Shown: positions 45,211 to 55,854, numbered from the stretch's first letter. The stretch: DNA of 64,000 nt from Anaerolineae bacterium (GCA_040767425.1 JAXGON010000001.1:5477-69476), one strand, 5' to 3'. Program-made: numbers and translations. The notes: a model not told the origin generated them from the sequence alone.

Positions 45211-45584
45211 ACGACCGCCGCGCATGGCACCAGGTTCATGCGCACCGGGCGGTCTTGGTGGTCCAACTCGATGGCGACCAGATCGATGCGCCAAGAGACG
45301 TTGGCCAGGTTGTGCTCGGCTAGGTAGGTCTGCGCCAGCTGCTGGAGCCGTCGCGCCTTTTGGTCGGTCAAGCCATCCTCGGGGCGCTGTATGCGGTGAC
45401 CTCGGCGTGTCTTGACCTCGACAAAGGCCCAGCAATCGCCTTCGCGGGCCACGATGTCAATCTCTCCCGAGCGGTGGCGCCAGTTGCGGTCTACGAGCTC
45501 ATAGCCGTGGCGTTGTAGCAACGCAGCCGCGAGGTCTTCTCCCAGGCGTCCTAGGGACTGCCGGCTGCCTCCGCCCTCTCCCAT
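45207..45584 (-). CDS. YraN family (UPF0102) endonuclease-like protein.
   Basis: GE(I)DIVA...FVEVKTR pattern of the YraN/PD-(D/E)xK fold. Confidence 0.75.
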   Translation of the reverse strand: MGEGGGSRQSLGRLGEDLAAALLQRHGYELVDRNWRHRSGEIDIVAREGDCWAFVEVKTRRGHRIQRPEDGLTDQKARRLQQLAQTYLAEHNLANVSWRIDLVAIELDHQDRPVRMNLVPCAAVV

Positions 45585-45606
45585 GTCGCTTTTACTCCTC
45601 CCGAGC

Positions 45607-46653
45607 CTATCCGGTAGGCGGCACCTCCGTCAGCCATTCGGCCTCCTGGAGCCAGGCTTCGTCGCGGGCTGGCGCCTGGCCGCGAACGGCGTCCACCATG
45701 GCGTGAATGTTCTCCAGGGGCGTGTCCATGGGGAGGTCACAGCCGCTGGCCACGATAAAGTTGGGGTGCCCCTCCATCGAGTCTACCAGATGACGGGTGG
45801 TAGTGTAAACCCCGTTGGGCGTCATATCCCTGAGCACGGAGACGGGATCCAGGTTGCCGATCAGGACCACGTCCTCTGGCACCCGTTGGGCGGCGGCGGG
45901 AAAGTCGACCAACGGCCCCAGGCTAAGGCCATGGGCGCCGGTCTCTACCATGCCATCGAGCAGGTGGGTGGTGTTGCCACAGATGTGCAGGACCGGGATG
46001 GCCTTGAACGTGCCGATGATCTCTTGGATGTAGGGCAGGACGAACTGACGAAAGAGCTTGGGTGATAGGAAACTGGCGGTCGGCTCCAGAAGGCAGATCA
46101 TGTCGGCGCCGGCGCGCTCCAGGGCGCGCGAGTAGCGGGCGATCACGCCGGAGGTAAAGCGCAACACCGCCTGCATCAGCTCGGGCTCGGTGACCGTCGC
46201 CATGGCCGCCTCGCTGGCTCCCAGCAGCAGGCCGGCAAGGGTAAAGGGGCCGGTCACATAGGCGCCCTTGATGCTATCGAGATAGCGCGACATCAGGCGC
46301 ATGGTCTCGATGTAGACCGCCACCCGCCCGTCGGTCAGCACGTCGGAGCTGGTGACCTGGCCTAGATCGGCGACGGTGCGAATCAAATGTTGCTCGACGG
46401 TGGGAGAGTCGTCTAGCGGAAAGCGCACTGGAAGGCCCAGCGCGCTGGCCTCGACCGAGAGGTCCATGAAGAAAAAGACCGCGTCGGGCCGGAACCGACG
46501 CTCTAGGGCAAACACGGTGGAGAACTGGGTCCCCCAGTTAAAAGTGTTCTGCTTGAGCGTGGAGCCGTTCAACTGCACTCCCGGGAACCCCATCAGGGGA
46601 ATCACCATGCGCCGCCCGCGGCTCTTGACAATATCGATCAGCTTTTCTGCCAT
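45607..46653 (-). CDS. Uroporphyrinogen-decarboxylase-family protein (URO-D/MtaA-like).
   Basis: 348 aa with the URO-D TIM-barrel pattern throughout. Confidence 0.75.
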   Translation of the reverse strand: MAEKLIDIVKSRGRRMVIPLMGFPGVQLNGSTLKQNTFNWGTQFSTVFALERRFRPDAVFFFMDLSVEASALGLPVRFPLDDSPTVEQHLIRTVADLGQVTSSDVLTDGRVAVYIETMRLMSRYLDSIKGAYVTGPFTLAGLLLGASEAAMATVTEPELMQAVLRFTSGVIARYSRALERAGADMICLLEPTASFLSPKLFRQFVLPYIQEIIGTFKAIPVLHICGNTTHLLDGMVETGAHGLSLGPLVDFPAAAQRVPEDVVLIGNLDPVSVLRDMTPNGVYTTTRHLVDSMEGHPNFIVASGCDLPMDTPLENIHAMVDAVRGQAPARDEAWLQEAEWLTEVPPTG

Positions 46654-46726
46654 GGTGGATACGCTCCTATCGCTTGTGCACTCGACACCGATACTTTACC
46701 ATATAACTTGACTTTATGCAATATCT

Positions 46727-47425
46727 CTATGAAGCGGGGGATCCCATCTCGACAGGCAGGGCGTGTGAGATGGCGATGCTGGTGGTTGAGACGTCGCAGG
46801 CATAGGCCTCAACCATCACACCGGCCTGCGATGCAGCCACCAGCGCCTCAGCAAAGGTGGGGTCGGCTTCCCGGTGGGGGGCGAACCGACAGGCATCCGA
46901 GCGCTGCACGACGAACACCGCCGCTCCCTCTTCGCCGCCTGCCACCAGGTGCTGCAACTCGCCCAGATGCTTGGCGCCGCGGCTGGTGGGCGCATCGGGG
47001 AACAGGGCGACACCTTTCTCGACCAGGGTGACCGACTTGACCTCGATCCACCGGCGGGCGTTGGGCGTCGTCACCCGAAAGTCCAGCCGCGAGGCTCCCC
47101 GGCGTACCTCCTGCTCCAGCGATCCCGCACCGGCCCTCCAGACGGCGCCGCTCTCCCAGGCTTCGCGGTAGAGGTGGTTGGGTAGGCGAGCGTCGACGGA
47201 CACGAGCACCCCCGCGCTCTCGACCAGGGCCAGATCGTAGGCCGTCTTGCGGCCGGGGGCGCTGGCGGGTCGGAGCCAGACGGGTGCGCCCTCTATCAGT
47301 AGCTCCCACATGCGCCCCGAGCTGGAGACGTGAACGGCATGCTGCCGCCCATCGATGCGTACGGTGGCGCGGAATCGGTTATCTCGTCGCACAAAGGTTC
47401 CGGCAACGAGCTGGCCGTATTGCAC
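46727..47425 (-). CDS. sfsA: Sugar fermentation stimulation protein SfsA homolog.
   Basis: N-terminal OB fold (GTFVRRDNRFRATV) and a PD-(D/E)xK-like C-terminal domain. Confidence 0.8.
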   Translation of the reverse strand: MQYGQLVAGTFVRRDNRFRATVRIDGRQHAVHVSSSGRMWELLIEGAPVWLRPASAPGRKTAYDLALVESAGVLVSVDARLPNHLYREAWESGAVWRAGAGSLEQEVRRGASRLDFRVTTPNARRWIEVKSVTLVEKGVALFPDAPTSRGAKHLGELQHLVAGGEEGAAVFVVQRSDACRFAPHREADPTFAEALVAASQAGVMVEAYACDVSTTSIAISHALPVEMGSPAS

Positions 47426-47440
47426 GCAACCTCCGTTCCT

Positions 47441-48691
47441 TTAAAATCCCCAGTCAACTCGCGGCGTCGGCAGCGCCAGGCTTCGATCCAACGCGACCAG
47501 GAGCTGCGGCTCTCCGTCCAGGTTGTCACTGATGGCCAGGCTGGTGGCCGACCGAACCCCTAGCCAGAGACGTGAAAAGGCGCCGACCGATGCCCGCAGC
47601 TCGGGCAGGCCCGGCGTGTGCTCGGGCTGGATGGAGGACTCTTTGGCTACGCAGAGGGTGTATTCGCCCGTCAGGCCGCGCCAATCGGCCGTTTGGTCGA
47701 GGTAGCGCGCCACGGGATCGGTCAGGGTGAGGTTGCAGCGTACGGCCGGGCCCCGTCCGTGCAGAGCCCGCACGCAGGTCGGTAGATCGAGGATGCGGAT
47801 CTGCCACCAGGCAGCGGCACGCATGGCCTGGGCCATCTTGCCGTTCTGGGTGCGCTGCCGATTGGCGAATGGTTGGTTCAGCAGGTCCTGAATCTGCAGG
47901 CAGAATGGCTCGGTCATGTCGATCCGGTAGATCTGGTCGGCCAGGCTCTTGAGGACCCCCAGGAGCTCGAGCAGGTCGTGCCCGTCTCGGAACACCAGGG
48001 CGTGCACGCCGTAGGGGCCATGCTCACGCGAGCTGGTGCCCAGCCATATCCAGTGTGATAGCGCACCCTCGGGACCGTCATGGAACCCCAGGCCGATCCC
48101 GTTCTCGGTCTCCAGCGCCTGCGACTTGGTCAGGTCCGCCGGCAGGAGCGTCCAGGCGCCATGGCCGCGCCAGCGCGCCAGTCGGGACATGTGGAGGGCC
48201 TCCCAATCGGCGACTTCCAGGCGGCGGGGCGGTCGCGCGGGGATTGGCACGTTCAGGTTCGACGGATCGAACTGAATGTACGGCTCATAGCTTCCCGTGC
48301 CAAAACCGAGTCGGTCATAGTACCCCTGGTCAAAGATGCCCAGTCCAGCCACAGCGGCACCCGTTTGAGCCTCGCGAGCCAGCACCGCGGCGAGGGTCCG
48401 TCCGGCCAAGCCCTGCCTACGCGCCACGAGGCTGGTGGTCACGCCGGTGATGGCGGTGGCGGGTAGGTCGGTGTCCACGTGCCGCATCTGGGCCGAGGTC
48501 GCCAACACCAGGCACTCGGCTGCTCCGTCGTGCTCGGCTACCATGGGCCGGCTGCAGCCCACCAGCAGGTCCATCGCCTCCGTCTTGTCCTTCTCGATCC
48601 ATCCCACTTCATACCAGATGCGATGGACGGCCTTCTCATCGCGGCCGCGGTCATACGGGCGGATAGTCATGTTCTCCTCCAGGGTGGCCAT
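47441..48691 (-). CDS. Eis-like GNAT acetyltransferase (GNAT domains plus an SCP2-like C-terminus).
   Basis: Family pattern with an N-terminal IRPYDRGRDEKAV. The start is either ATG 48691 (MATLEEN) or ATG 48670 (MTIRPY, preceded by GGAGGAG). The ORF track extends to 48802. Confidence 0.65.
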   Translation of the reverse strand: MATLEENMTIRPYDRGRDEKAVHRIWYEVGWIEKDKTEAMDLLVGCSRPMVAEHDGAAECLVLATSAQMRHVDTDLPATAITGVTTSLVARRQGLAGRTLAAVLAREAQTGAAVAGLGIFDQGYYDRLGFGTGSYEPYIQFDPSNLNVPIPARPPRRLEVADWEALHMSRLARWRGHGAWTLLPADLTKSQALETENGIGLGFHDGPEGALSHWIWLGTSSREHGPYGVHALVFRDGHDLLELLGVLKSLADQIYRIDMTEPFCLQIQDLLNQPFANRQRTQNGKMAQAMRAAAWWQIRILDLPTCVRALHGRGPAVRCNLTLTDPVARYLDQTADWRGLTGEYTLCVAKESSIQPEHTPGLPELRASVGAFSRLWLGVRSATSLAISDNLDGEPQLLVALDRSLALPTPRVDWGF

Positions 48692-48838
48692 CCGAGCGTC
48701 ATCGAGAGCGCTGGGAGGGGGCAAAAGCGCCAACCAGTATACACGTACCAGACCGGGCCGGCGAATCCGGCGCTGATCGGCCAGATGGCCCTTCGATGGC
48801 ACTTGCCCGTCACCGGCCCCCTCGCTACACTGCTCCCC

Positions 48839-49309
48839 ATGCGTACCAGGCTGCCCGGAACCTACATGCTCATCCTACGCGCCCCTCGCGCTGCGAGCGT
48901 TCGTGTGGGGTCGCTCGGCGACGTCAGTGTCGAGCCCGGTTGGTACGTCTATGTGGGCAGCGCGATGGGGGGGCTGTGGCAACGAGTGCGGCGCCATCTT
49001 GCCAGCGAAAAGCCTCTGCGCTGGCATATCGACTATTTGCTGCAAGTCATGCAGGTCGAGGAGGTCTGGTTCCGCCTGGGGAGCCAAAGAGACGAATGTG
49101 CCTGGGCGCGGGCACTGGCTGGAGCCGAGCAGTTCTGTCCTTTCGGCGCCATCGGGGCTTCCGATTGCGCCTGTCGGACCCATGTCTACCGATGCGAGCG
49201 CAAGCCGGACTCTGCGTGGCTCGGCAACGATCCCAGCTTTGGCGAGCTGCAGCGCTGGGTCCCGGGCACACCGTTCCCTGGCGATGGGGGCGCTGGCAAT
49301 GGGCGCTGA
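48839..49309 (+). CDS. GIY-YIG nuclease superfamily protein (DUF123-like).
   Basis: GTYMLIL...GWYVYVGSAMGGLWQRVRRHL...RWHIDYLL. The ORF track starts at 48479, overlapping Eis antisense, so I chose the internal ATG at 48839. Confidence 0.6.
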   Translation: MRTRLPGTYMLILRAPRAASVRVGSLGDVSVEPGWYVYVGSAMGGLWQRVRRHLASEKPLRWHIDYLLQVMQVEEVWFRLGSQRDECAWARALAGAEQFCPFGAIGASDCACRTHVYRCERKPDSAWLGNDPSFGELQRWVPGTPFPGDGGAGNGR

Positions 49310-50009
49310 CATGACGGCCTCGTCGCGGCTCCCGGCACCCAAGCACCCGCTGCTGGAGGGTGTGCGGGCGACTCTGGCCATCGGCCTCAGCGTGCTGCCG
49401 TTTGGGCTGGCCTATGGCGCCGTCGCTGGGCAGACCATGCCCTTGGGGCTGGTCAGCCTGATGTCCCTGACCGTCTTTGCCGGCACGGCCCAGTTCGTGG
49501 CCGCCAGCATGCTGGCGCAGGGGGCGGCCCCCGTCTCGATCCTGGTGACCACGACCCTGCTGCAACTGCGCCTCGTCTTGATGAGCGCGTCGGTGGCGCG
49601 TCGGTTGCGGCGGGTTCCGCGGGCCCTCGAGCCCGCCCTGGCCCATCTGATCACCGACGAGAGCTTTGCCGTCACCATGGCGGCCATGGCAGAGCGGGCC
49701 GTCGGACCGCGCTTTTTCGTGGGATCGGGCCTCACCGTCTTTGTGATCTGGCAGATATCCAGCGTGGTGGGTGCGTGGTTGGGGAGCGGCGTCGGCGAGG
49801 AGTGGGGCATCGCCTATGCCATGCCTAGCTCGTTGATCTGCCTGCTGTTCATGCTGGTACGTGACAAGCGCACTCTGGCCGTGTCCTTGGGGGCCGCGGG
49901 TCTGTGTATCGCGCTGCGCCCGCTGGTGGGCAGCACTTGGAACGTCTTGCTCGCCACGGTGGCGGCAGGGATAGGGGGTGTTTGGTGGAACGCACGGCGC
50001 TCTGGGTGA
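49284..50009 (+). CDS. azlC: AzlC family branched-chain amino acid exporter subunit.
   Basis: Polytopic membrane protein with the AzlC pattern. The start is uncertain among the ATGs at 49284, 49299 and 49311. Confidence 0.7.
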   Translation: MGALAMGADMTASSRLPAPKHPLLEGVRATLAIGLSVLPFGLAYGAVAGQTMPLGLVSLMSLTVFAGTAQFVAASMLAQGAAPVSILVTTTLLQLRLVLMSASVARRLRRVPRALEPALAHLITDESFAVTMAAMAERAVGPRFFVGSGLTVFVIWQISSVVGAWLGSGVGEEWGIAYAMPSSLICLLFMLVRDKRTLAVSLGAAGLCIALRPLVGSTWNVLLATVAAGIGGVWWNARRSG

Positions 50010-50311
50010 CGCTGGCCCTGGCGGCAGTGACGTTGGCCCTGCGCTACATCCCCTTTGCCACCATGGCCCGGCTCTCACTGCCGGATTGGGCCGAGGAATG
50101 GCTGCGGCTGGTGCCGGGCGCGGTGCTGGCCGCCATGCTGGCGCAGACTTTGCTCTATCCCGATGGACAGACCCTGCCGCCGTGGCAAAACGCGTACCTC
50201 TTGGCCGCTGGCCCAGCGTTTCTGGTGGCGTGGCGCACCCGCAGCGTGGTGGCTACCATGCTGGTGGGCGTGGGGAGCTATGCACTGCTCTCGCGGCTGC
50301 TGGTTCCCTAG
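49985..50311 (+). CDS. azlD: AzlD family branched-chain amino acid transport protein.
   Basis: About 108 aa with 3-4 TM helices. A GTG start overlaps the azlC stop. Confidence 0.6.
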   Translation: MERTALWVTLALAAVTLALRYIPFATMARLSLPDWAEEWLRLVPGAVLAAMLAQTLLYPDGQTLPPWQNAYLLAAGPAFLVAWRTRSVVATMLVGVGSYALLSRLLVP

Positions 50312-50346
50312 AGAGTCGTGGTGGGCTGAACCGTCGGGGCGGGCGG

Positions 50347-52335
50347 CTAAGGCATAGCCACATCCTGGATCACCCAGACGGCTTGATCCGCCTCGCAGCC
50401 GGCATAGATTCGGTCCTCTCGCGTATCCACCGACAGCGCCGTGACGGGCCCGCTCAAGGTCATCTCTATGACTAGGCCCATGGTGCCAGTGTCATAGGCG
50501 CGCAGCGCTCCCCCGCTTGAGGCGTCAGGAGGCAGCGCCTGGCCGAGGGCTACCCAGAGGTGGTGCGTCGCCGGGTTTAGCGCCAGGCCGATGGGGCGCC
50601 GCTCCAGCGGCAGGTGCAGACGCTCCGAACCGGTGGCTGGATCCCAAACCTGTAGCCCATAGGCGCCCATGCGCTGGTACAAGCTGTAAAACAGGTCCAG
50701 CGCCTCGTCATAGCAGAGATCGACCAGGCCCAGTCGCCCGGGGCCGCCGGCAGTCGTGGTCCCGTCGTCCTCCAGCCGGTACGCGATCAACCCATAGTTG
50801 GAGCCGAGCACGCCGTTGCCCGCCACCAGGTAGGTGATGTCGCGCGCACCATCCACCGCTACAAGCGTGGGCGCCTCAGCAGTGCCCAGGGGTGTGGTGA
50901 CGACCACCGTCTCGGTGATGCCGGTGGCGAGGTCCATGACCAGGTCGCCGGCATAGAGCCGTCGGTGTGCGCCATCATGGAAGAGTGCGGACGCGTCTGC
51001 GCGTACGGGGTGTTCTGCGACCAACGTTCCGTGGCGATCCTGCAAAGCCAGCGTCCCCGAGGAAGGCGAGAGCACGGCCACCTGCTCTAGTTCGGGCAGC
51101 CAGGCCAGCCGCTGTGGATCCGGCCCTGCGGGCCATTGTGCCTGGATCTCCGTGTCACCCAGCACGGCCACCTGGTCGGCAGAGCCGAGCGCCGCCAGCA
51201 TACCCTCGGGACCCATGGCTAGGGCCGTGATGCGGGCGGCGAGGGGGATCGGCGCGGATCGCTCGCCGGATGCAGGGTCGAGCCGCGCCACCTGATCCGA
51301 CCCGCCGCAGGCGACGTGAAGCCCGCCAGCCATGATCAGCAAGGCCACCGGCTCTCGGCCGACCTTTGCCCGCCACAGAGGCTCTAGCCCGTGCGGGTTC
51401 AGCGCCAGCACGGCGTGCTCCTCCGGCAGCGCCAGATAGACCCGATCGCCGGTTGGGTCCACTAGCACTGCGCGAGGGGCGCTGGAAAGGCGCGTCTCGT
51501 CGAGCCAGGCGAGATCAGAGGCAGCGAGCTTGAGCAGGTAGTGCTCGTCGGCCTCGGCCTGGTAGACACCGGCATACAGGTGAGCGCCATCACGGGAATA
51601 GGCCAAGGCTCGCCAGATGCCGACCTCGGCTACGATGGACTCGACTCCCCGGTCCAGGTCGACGCGATGGATGCGCCCATAGGTCACCGCGGCGGCCCAG
51701 CGTGCGTCGGCGGGATCGGGCACGATCTGCAAGACCGGCGCATCCTGTGAGAGCGGGATGGCGCGCAGCTCACGGCCGCCTTCAGGTGAGAGGGCCAGCA
51801 GGCGACCATCGCCGGTGCCGATCCACGGTGTCTCGCCCACGACCGCCAGGGATCCGCTGCCGGGAGGCACGGCCCAGCGTTGCACCACGGCCGTGCCCTC
51901 GATGACGAGTAGCTGCGACTCGCGTTCATCCAGCACATAGACGCGGCCGGCTCTATCGGCGGCGAGGGCGGTTGGCTCGGAGCCTGCCGCCATCGTGCTC
52001 ACCACCTGGCCGTCCTCGATCACGGACACGTTGGCGGACTGGGCATTGGCGACGTACAGCCTGCCCTTGGCGGCGACCATCGCCCGAGGCCCCGTGCCTT
52101 GGCCGGGCAGATCGTAAAGAGGCACGCGACCAACGATCCAGGGCCTATCGGGCGTTGGTGTGGAGGCTGGTGTAGGGCTACGAGGCGGGGTCGGGCTGGG
52201 AGTCGGGGTGACCGTCGCGGCCGGCCTAGCCGTGGCAAAGGCAGGTACCGGCGTTGGCGTAGCGTGCGTGCAGCCGAGGCCGATCATCACGGCTAGCAGA
52301 GCGGCCAGTCGGCGCGGCCATCGCCGACGGCTCAC
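50347..52335 (-). CDS. YVTN-family beta-propeller repeat lipoprotein.
   Basis: Signal peptide plus lipobox (LGCT), a Pro/Thr-rich linker, then repeated roughly 40-aa propeller blades. Confidence 0.7.
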   Translation of the reverse strand: MSRRRWPRRLAALLAVMIGLGCTHATPTPVPAFATARPAATVTPTPSPTPPRSPTPASTPTPDRPWIVGRVPLYDLPGQGTGPRAMVAAKGRLYVANAQSANVSVIEDGQVVSTMAAGSEPTALAADRAGRVYVLDERESQLLVIEGTAVVQRWAVPPGSGSLAVVGETPWIGTGDGRLLALSPEGGRELRAIPLSQDAPVLQIVPDPADARWAAAVTYGRIHRVDLDRGVESIVAEVGIWRALAYSRDGAHLYAGVYQAEADEHYLLKLAASDLAWLDETRLSSAPRAVLVDPTGDRVYLALPEEHAVLALNPHGLEPLWRAKVGREPVALLIMAGGLHVACGGSDQVARLDPASGERSAPIPLAARITALAMGPEGMLAALGSADQVAVLGDTEIQAQWPAGPDPQRLAWLPELEQVAVLSPSSGTLALQDRHGTLVAEHPVRADASALFHDGAHRRLYAGDLVMDLATGITETVVVTTPLGTAEAPTLVAVDGARDITYLVAGNGVLGSNYGLIAYRLEDDGTTTAGGPGRLGLVDLCYDEALDLFYSLYQRMGAYGLQVWDPATGSERLHLPLERRPIGLALNPATHHLWVALGQALPPDASSGGALRAYDTGTMGLVIEMTLSGPVTALSVDTREDRIYAGCEADQAVWVIQDVAMP

Positions 52336-53462
52336 GGCACACCGCCACGGAGCGTTGGCCCCAGCGCGTCCAGGATCTCTTGCATGGCGGCTACCGAGCC
52401 GCTGGTGATCGGATTGGCTGGCAGGAACGGGCAGGCGTGCTGGACGCGCGTGCTCACGTCAAAGGTGCCGATGCGGCGGGCGATCTGGATGATCTCGGTC
52501 TTGTCCATGCCGATGAGCGGGCGCAGCACCGGCAGCTCGATGCCCAGCGAAATGGCCCGCAGGTTGGGCAACGTCTGGCTGGCTACCTGGCCCAGCGAGT
52601 CGCCCATGACGATGGCGTCGGCGCCGACCTCGGCCGCCAGCTCTTCTGCCCGACGCAACATCAGGTGTTTGCATACCAGGCAGCTCCAGCGCTCCTCGCG
52701 CATCTCCGCCAGTGCCGCCAAGGCCGGCGCCACCACCTCAGCGTGCTTGAGCACCGTGGGGCGGAACTCCCAGCCGTAGGCGTACCGTTCTAGCTGCTCC
52801 AGGTTCGCCAACGTCTTGGCCGTCTCGGCGTCGTTCTGCGAGAGATGCAGGGGAACCACACGACAACCGCGCTTTAGCATGAGCCACGCCGCCACGGGCG
52901 AGTCGATGCCGCCAGAGACCAAGGCCACCACGCGGCCCTCGGTGCCGACGGGCAAGCCCCCCGGTCCTCGGAGGACGCGTCCGTAGAGAAGCGCCCGATC
53001 ACGCTGCACTTCGACGCCGATGGTCACGTCGGCGTCGCGGCTCAGGTCCACGTCGCCCTGGGTGGCCGCATAGATCGCCTCGCCCACCACCCGGTTGATC
53101 TCGGGCGAGATCAGCGGAAAGCTCTTGTCTGACCGCCGGGCCTGGACGCGGTAGGAGACGCCAGGCTGGACGCCTGCCGCCAGCGCCTCCTGGACGCCGG
53201 CGTTCACGATCGCCTCCACCTCGCGTGCCACCGTGGTGACTGGCGAGAGAGACACGATGCCAAACACGCGCTGTAGTGGGCCAGTTGCCTCGGCCACCTG
53301 CCCCGTCTCCACATAGACGCGCTGCCCTTTTGAGGTCACATGGCCCTGGATGCCGTGCTCTCGCAGGCAGGCACGGATGTTGCGGCGCAGGGCTCGCAGG
53401 AACAGCGGACGGTTGCGTCCTTTGAGCGCGATCTCGCCATAGCGGAGCAGAATGAGACCCAT
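52332..53462 (-). CDS. thiI: tRNA 4-thiouridine synthase ThiI (short form, THUMP plus PP-loop).
   Basis: MGLILLRYGEIALKGRNR and the PP-loop ALVSGGIDSPVAAW. Start at ATG 53462 after a GGGAGA Shine-Dalgarno. Confidence 0.85.
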   Translation of the reverse strand: MGLILLRYGEIALKGRNRPLFLRALRRNIRACLREHGIQGHVTSKGQRVYVETGQVAEATGPLQRVFGIVSLSPVTTVAREVEAIVNAGVQEALAAGVQPGVSYRVQARRSDKSFPLISPEINRVVGEAIYAATQGDVDLSRDADVTIGVEVQRDRALLYGRVLRGPGGLPVGTEGRVVALVSGGIDSPVAAWLMLKRGCRVVPLHLSQNDAETAKTLANLEQLERYAYGWEFRPTVLKHAEVVAPALAALAEMREERWSCLVCKHLMLRRAEELAAEVGADAIVMGDSLGQVASQTLPNLRAISLGIELPVLRPLIGMDKTEIIQIARRIGTFDVSTRVQHACPFLPANPITSGSVAAMQEILDALGPTLRGGVP

Positions 53463-53556
53463 GTGATATCTCCCATCACGATCATAGCTCGAAACGAAAA
53501 GGCGAGCCAACAAAGGCTGGCTCGCCGAGGGAGCGCGACAAGGGAGCGAAGCGATG

Positions 53557-54486
53557 CTAGGCGGCGGCCCTCAGCGGCCGGAAGAGCGAGCTCCACTCGT
53601 CCTTTTCCCATACCACCAGCAGCGGCACCGCAAAGAAAAGTGAGGAAAAGGTGCCCATGACCATGCCCACCAGCATCATAACCATAAAGTTCCGCGTGGT
53701 GGCGCCGCCGAAAAAGATGATCGCCGTCATGATAAAGATAGCGTTGAGCTGAGTCGTCAGCGATCGGTGCAGCGTCTCCAGCAGGCTGCGGTTCACGATG
53801 GTCTCAAAATCCTCGCCGCGTCGCCGCGGGATATTCTCGCGGATGCGGTCAAAGACGACGATCACGTCCTCCAGCGAGAACCCGATCACCGTCAAGACGG
53901 CCGTCAGGACGAGGGCATCGATCTCCCAGCCAAACAGAATCCCCATCACGCTGGCAAAGCCCAGCAGAAAGAGCACATCATGGAGCATCTTGGCGATGGC
54001 GCAGACGCCATAGCGCACGGGATTGGGAACCCGGCGAAAGGCAAAGGCGATAAAGGCGAGAATCGCGGCCGAGGCGGCCAAGAGCGCATAGAGCGCTGAT
54101 CGGGTGGTCTCGCGGCCGATGCTCGGCCCCACACTCTCATAGCGTAGCTCGGTGAGGGGGCCAAAGGCGGCCCGCAGCTCATCGAGGAGGGCCTCTTTTT
54201 CAGCGACGCCGATCTCTTTGGTGCGTATGATCACCTGGTTCTCCCCGCCGATGGTCTGCACCGCGATATCGTCGAGCCCGGCGGCAACAAGCACCTCTCG
54301 AATCTCCTCCAGCGGGATGGCTTGCTCAAAGGCCAGCTCAAGCAGAGCGCCGCCGGTAAAGTCGATGCTCAGGCGGATGGGCGAGCCAAAGACGATGGTC
54401 GAGTAGATCATGGCCACGATGCCCGCCAACAGCAGGGCGGCCGAGATGGTAAAGTAGAGACGCCGTTTCTGGACCAGGGCAAACAT
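53557..54486 (-). CDS. secF: Protein translocase subunit SecF.
   Basis: Six TM helices and the SecF pattern. Confidence 0.9.
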   Translation of the reverse strand: MFALVQKRRLYFTISAALLLAGIVAMIYSTIVFGSPIRLSIDFTGGALLELAFEQAIPLEEIREVLVAAGLDDIAVQTIGGENQVIIRTKEIGVAEKEALLDELRAAFGPLTELRYESVGPSIGRETTRSALYALLAASAAILAFIAFAFRRVPNPVRYGVCAIAKMLHDVLFLLGFASVMGILFGWEIDALVLTAVLTVIGFSLEDVIVVFDRIRENIPRRRGEDFETIVNRSLLETLHRSLTTQLNAIFIMTAIIFFGGATTRNFMVMMLVGMVMGTFSSLFFAVPLLVVWEKDEWSSLFRPLRAAA

Positions 54487-54504
54487 GCTACCTCCCGACC
54501 CCTG

Positions 54505-55854
54505 CTATACGCCCAACAGCCACTTGATTTGGCGCAGCTTTTCGCCGGCCAGCACAAAGGCCGTGTGGACAAAGGTACGTGTGACGATCACGGCGGTGAA
54601 CATGTTGACCCCCACGCCGATCGCCAGAGTCAGCGCGAACCCCTTGACCATGCTAGCGCCAAAGCTGTTGCCAAACAGCCAGAGAATCAGGCAGGTGATC
54701 CACGTCGAGATGCCCGAATCCAGGATGGGGGCCCATGCGCGACTGAACCCGGCGGTGATGGCGTACTGGAGTGTTCGGCCCGCGCGCAGCTCCTCACGCA
54801 TACGCTCAAAGATGAGAATGTTGGCGTCCACCGCCATGCCGACTGAGAGCAGGAACCCTGCGATGCCTGGCAAGGTCAAGGTGATCGGCACCAGCTTGTA
54901 GAGCGCCAGGTTGAGCAGGGCATAGATGATCAACGCCAGGTCGGCCAGAAATCCTGGCAACCGGTAATAGAGCAACATGAACAGGAGCACCGTTACCAGG
55001 CCGATGGCTCCCGCCCGGATGCTCTTTTGCACCGAGTCTTGCCCCAAGCTGGGGCCGACGGTGCGGGTATCCAGAATGCGCAAGGGAACGGGCAAGGCGC
55101 CATACCGTAGCTGCAACACGATTGAGCGCGCTTCCTCAAGGGTGAACTGGCCCTCGATCTGGCCTCGTCCGTCCGGGATGGTGGTCGTGATTCTGGGGCA
55201 AGAGACCACTTGCTTATCCAGGACGATGGCCAGGAACTGGCCGATGTTGGCCGAGGTGTGCTCGGCAAAGATGCGGGCTCCTTCGTTGTCTAGCTCAAAG
55301 GTGATGATGGGAAGGCCGGTGCCTGTCTGATCAAAGGCCACGCTGGCATTGCGGAGGTTGGCGCCGGTCAACACGGTGTGATAGACGGGAGCGTCCTCAT
55401 CCACCACGGGCTCTTTGCCGGCGGTCTCGACATCGGTGCGAACTACCGTGCCCGGCTCCAGCCATTGGGAGCCCACATCGACCCACTCCATTAGCGCGGT
55501 CTCGCGGAGGGTCTCGACGGCCGCCTCTGGGTCGTCGATGCCAGGAAGCTCTACCAGGATGCGATCCGAGCCCACCCGCTGCACCACTGGCTCGGTCAAT
55601 CCCAAGGCATTGACGCGGCTTTCGATCACGTTGGCGGTGGCCTCCATGGCGTCCGGCGACAGCGATCCGCTATCAGCCAGATCGGCCTCAAGCAGGACCT
55701 GCATCCCGCCTTGCAGATCAAGGCCTTGGTGGATGCGAATGTCGCGCTCCCAGCTACCCAAGCGGATACCGGGATTGCTGGGCAACGCAACCCAGATGGC
55801 GAATGCGACCAGAACGGCGATGAGAACCAAGAGGCGAATGTCGCGCGGTTGCAT
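54505..55854 (-). CDS. secD: Protein translocase subunit SecD.
   Basis: An N-terminal TM helix, a periplasmic domain and six C-terminal TM helices. Lies immediately upstream of secF. Confidence 0.9.
   Translation of the reverse strand: MQPRDIRLLVLIAVLVAFAIWVALPSNPGIRLGSWERDIRIHQGLDLQGGMQVLLEADLADSGSLSPDAMEATANVIESRVNALGLTEPVVQRVGSDRILVELPGIDDPEAAVETLRETALMEWVDVGSQWLEPGTVVRTDVETAGKEPVVDEDAPVYHTVLTGANLRNASVAFDQTGTGLPIITFELDNEGARIFAEHTSANIGQFLAIVLDKQVVSCPRITTTIPDGRGQIEGQFTLEEARSIVLQLRYGALPVPLRILDTRTVGPSLGQDSVQKSIRAGAIGLVTVLLFMLLYYRLPGFLADLALIIYALLNLALYKLVPITLTLPGIAGFLLSVGMAVDANILIFERMREELRAGRTLQYAITAGFSRAWAPILDSGISTWITCLILWLFGNSFGASMVKGFALTLAIGVGVNMFTAVIVTRTFVHTAFVLAGEKLRQIKWLLGV

Noticed and set aside
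48479-48838. The track's 5' extension of the GIY-YIG ORF, overlapping the Eis-like gene in antisense.
   Set aside because: The extension has no family similarity and overlaps a well-supported gene. The GIY-YIG homology begins at the internal ATG at 48839.
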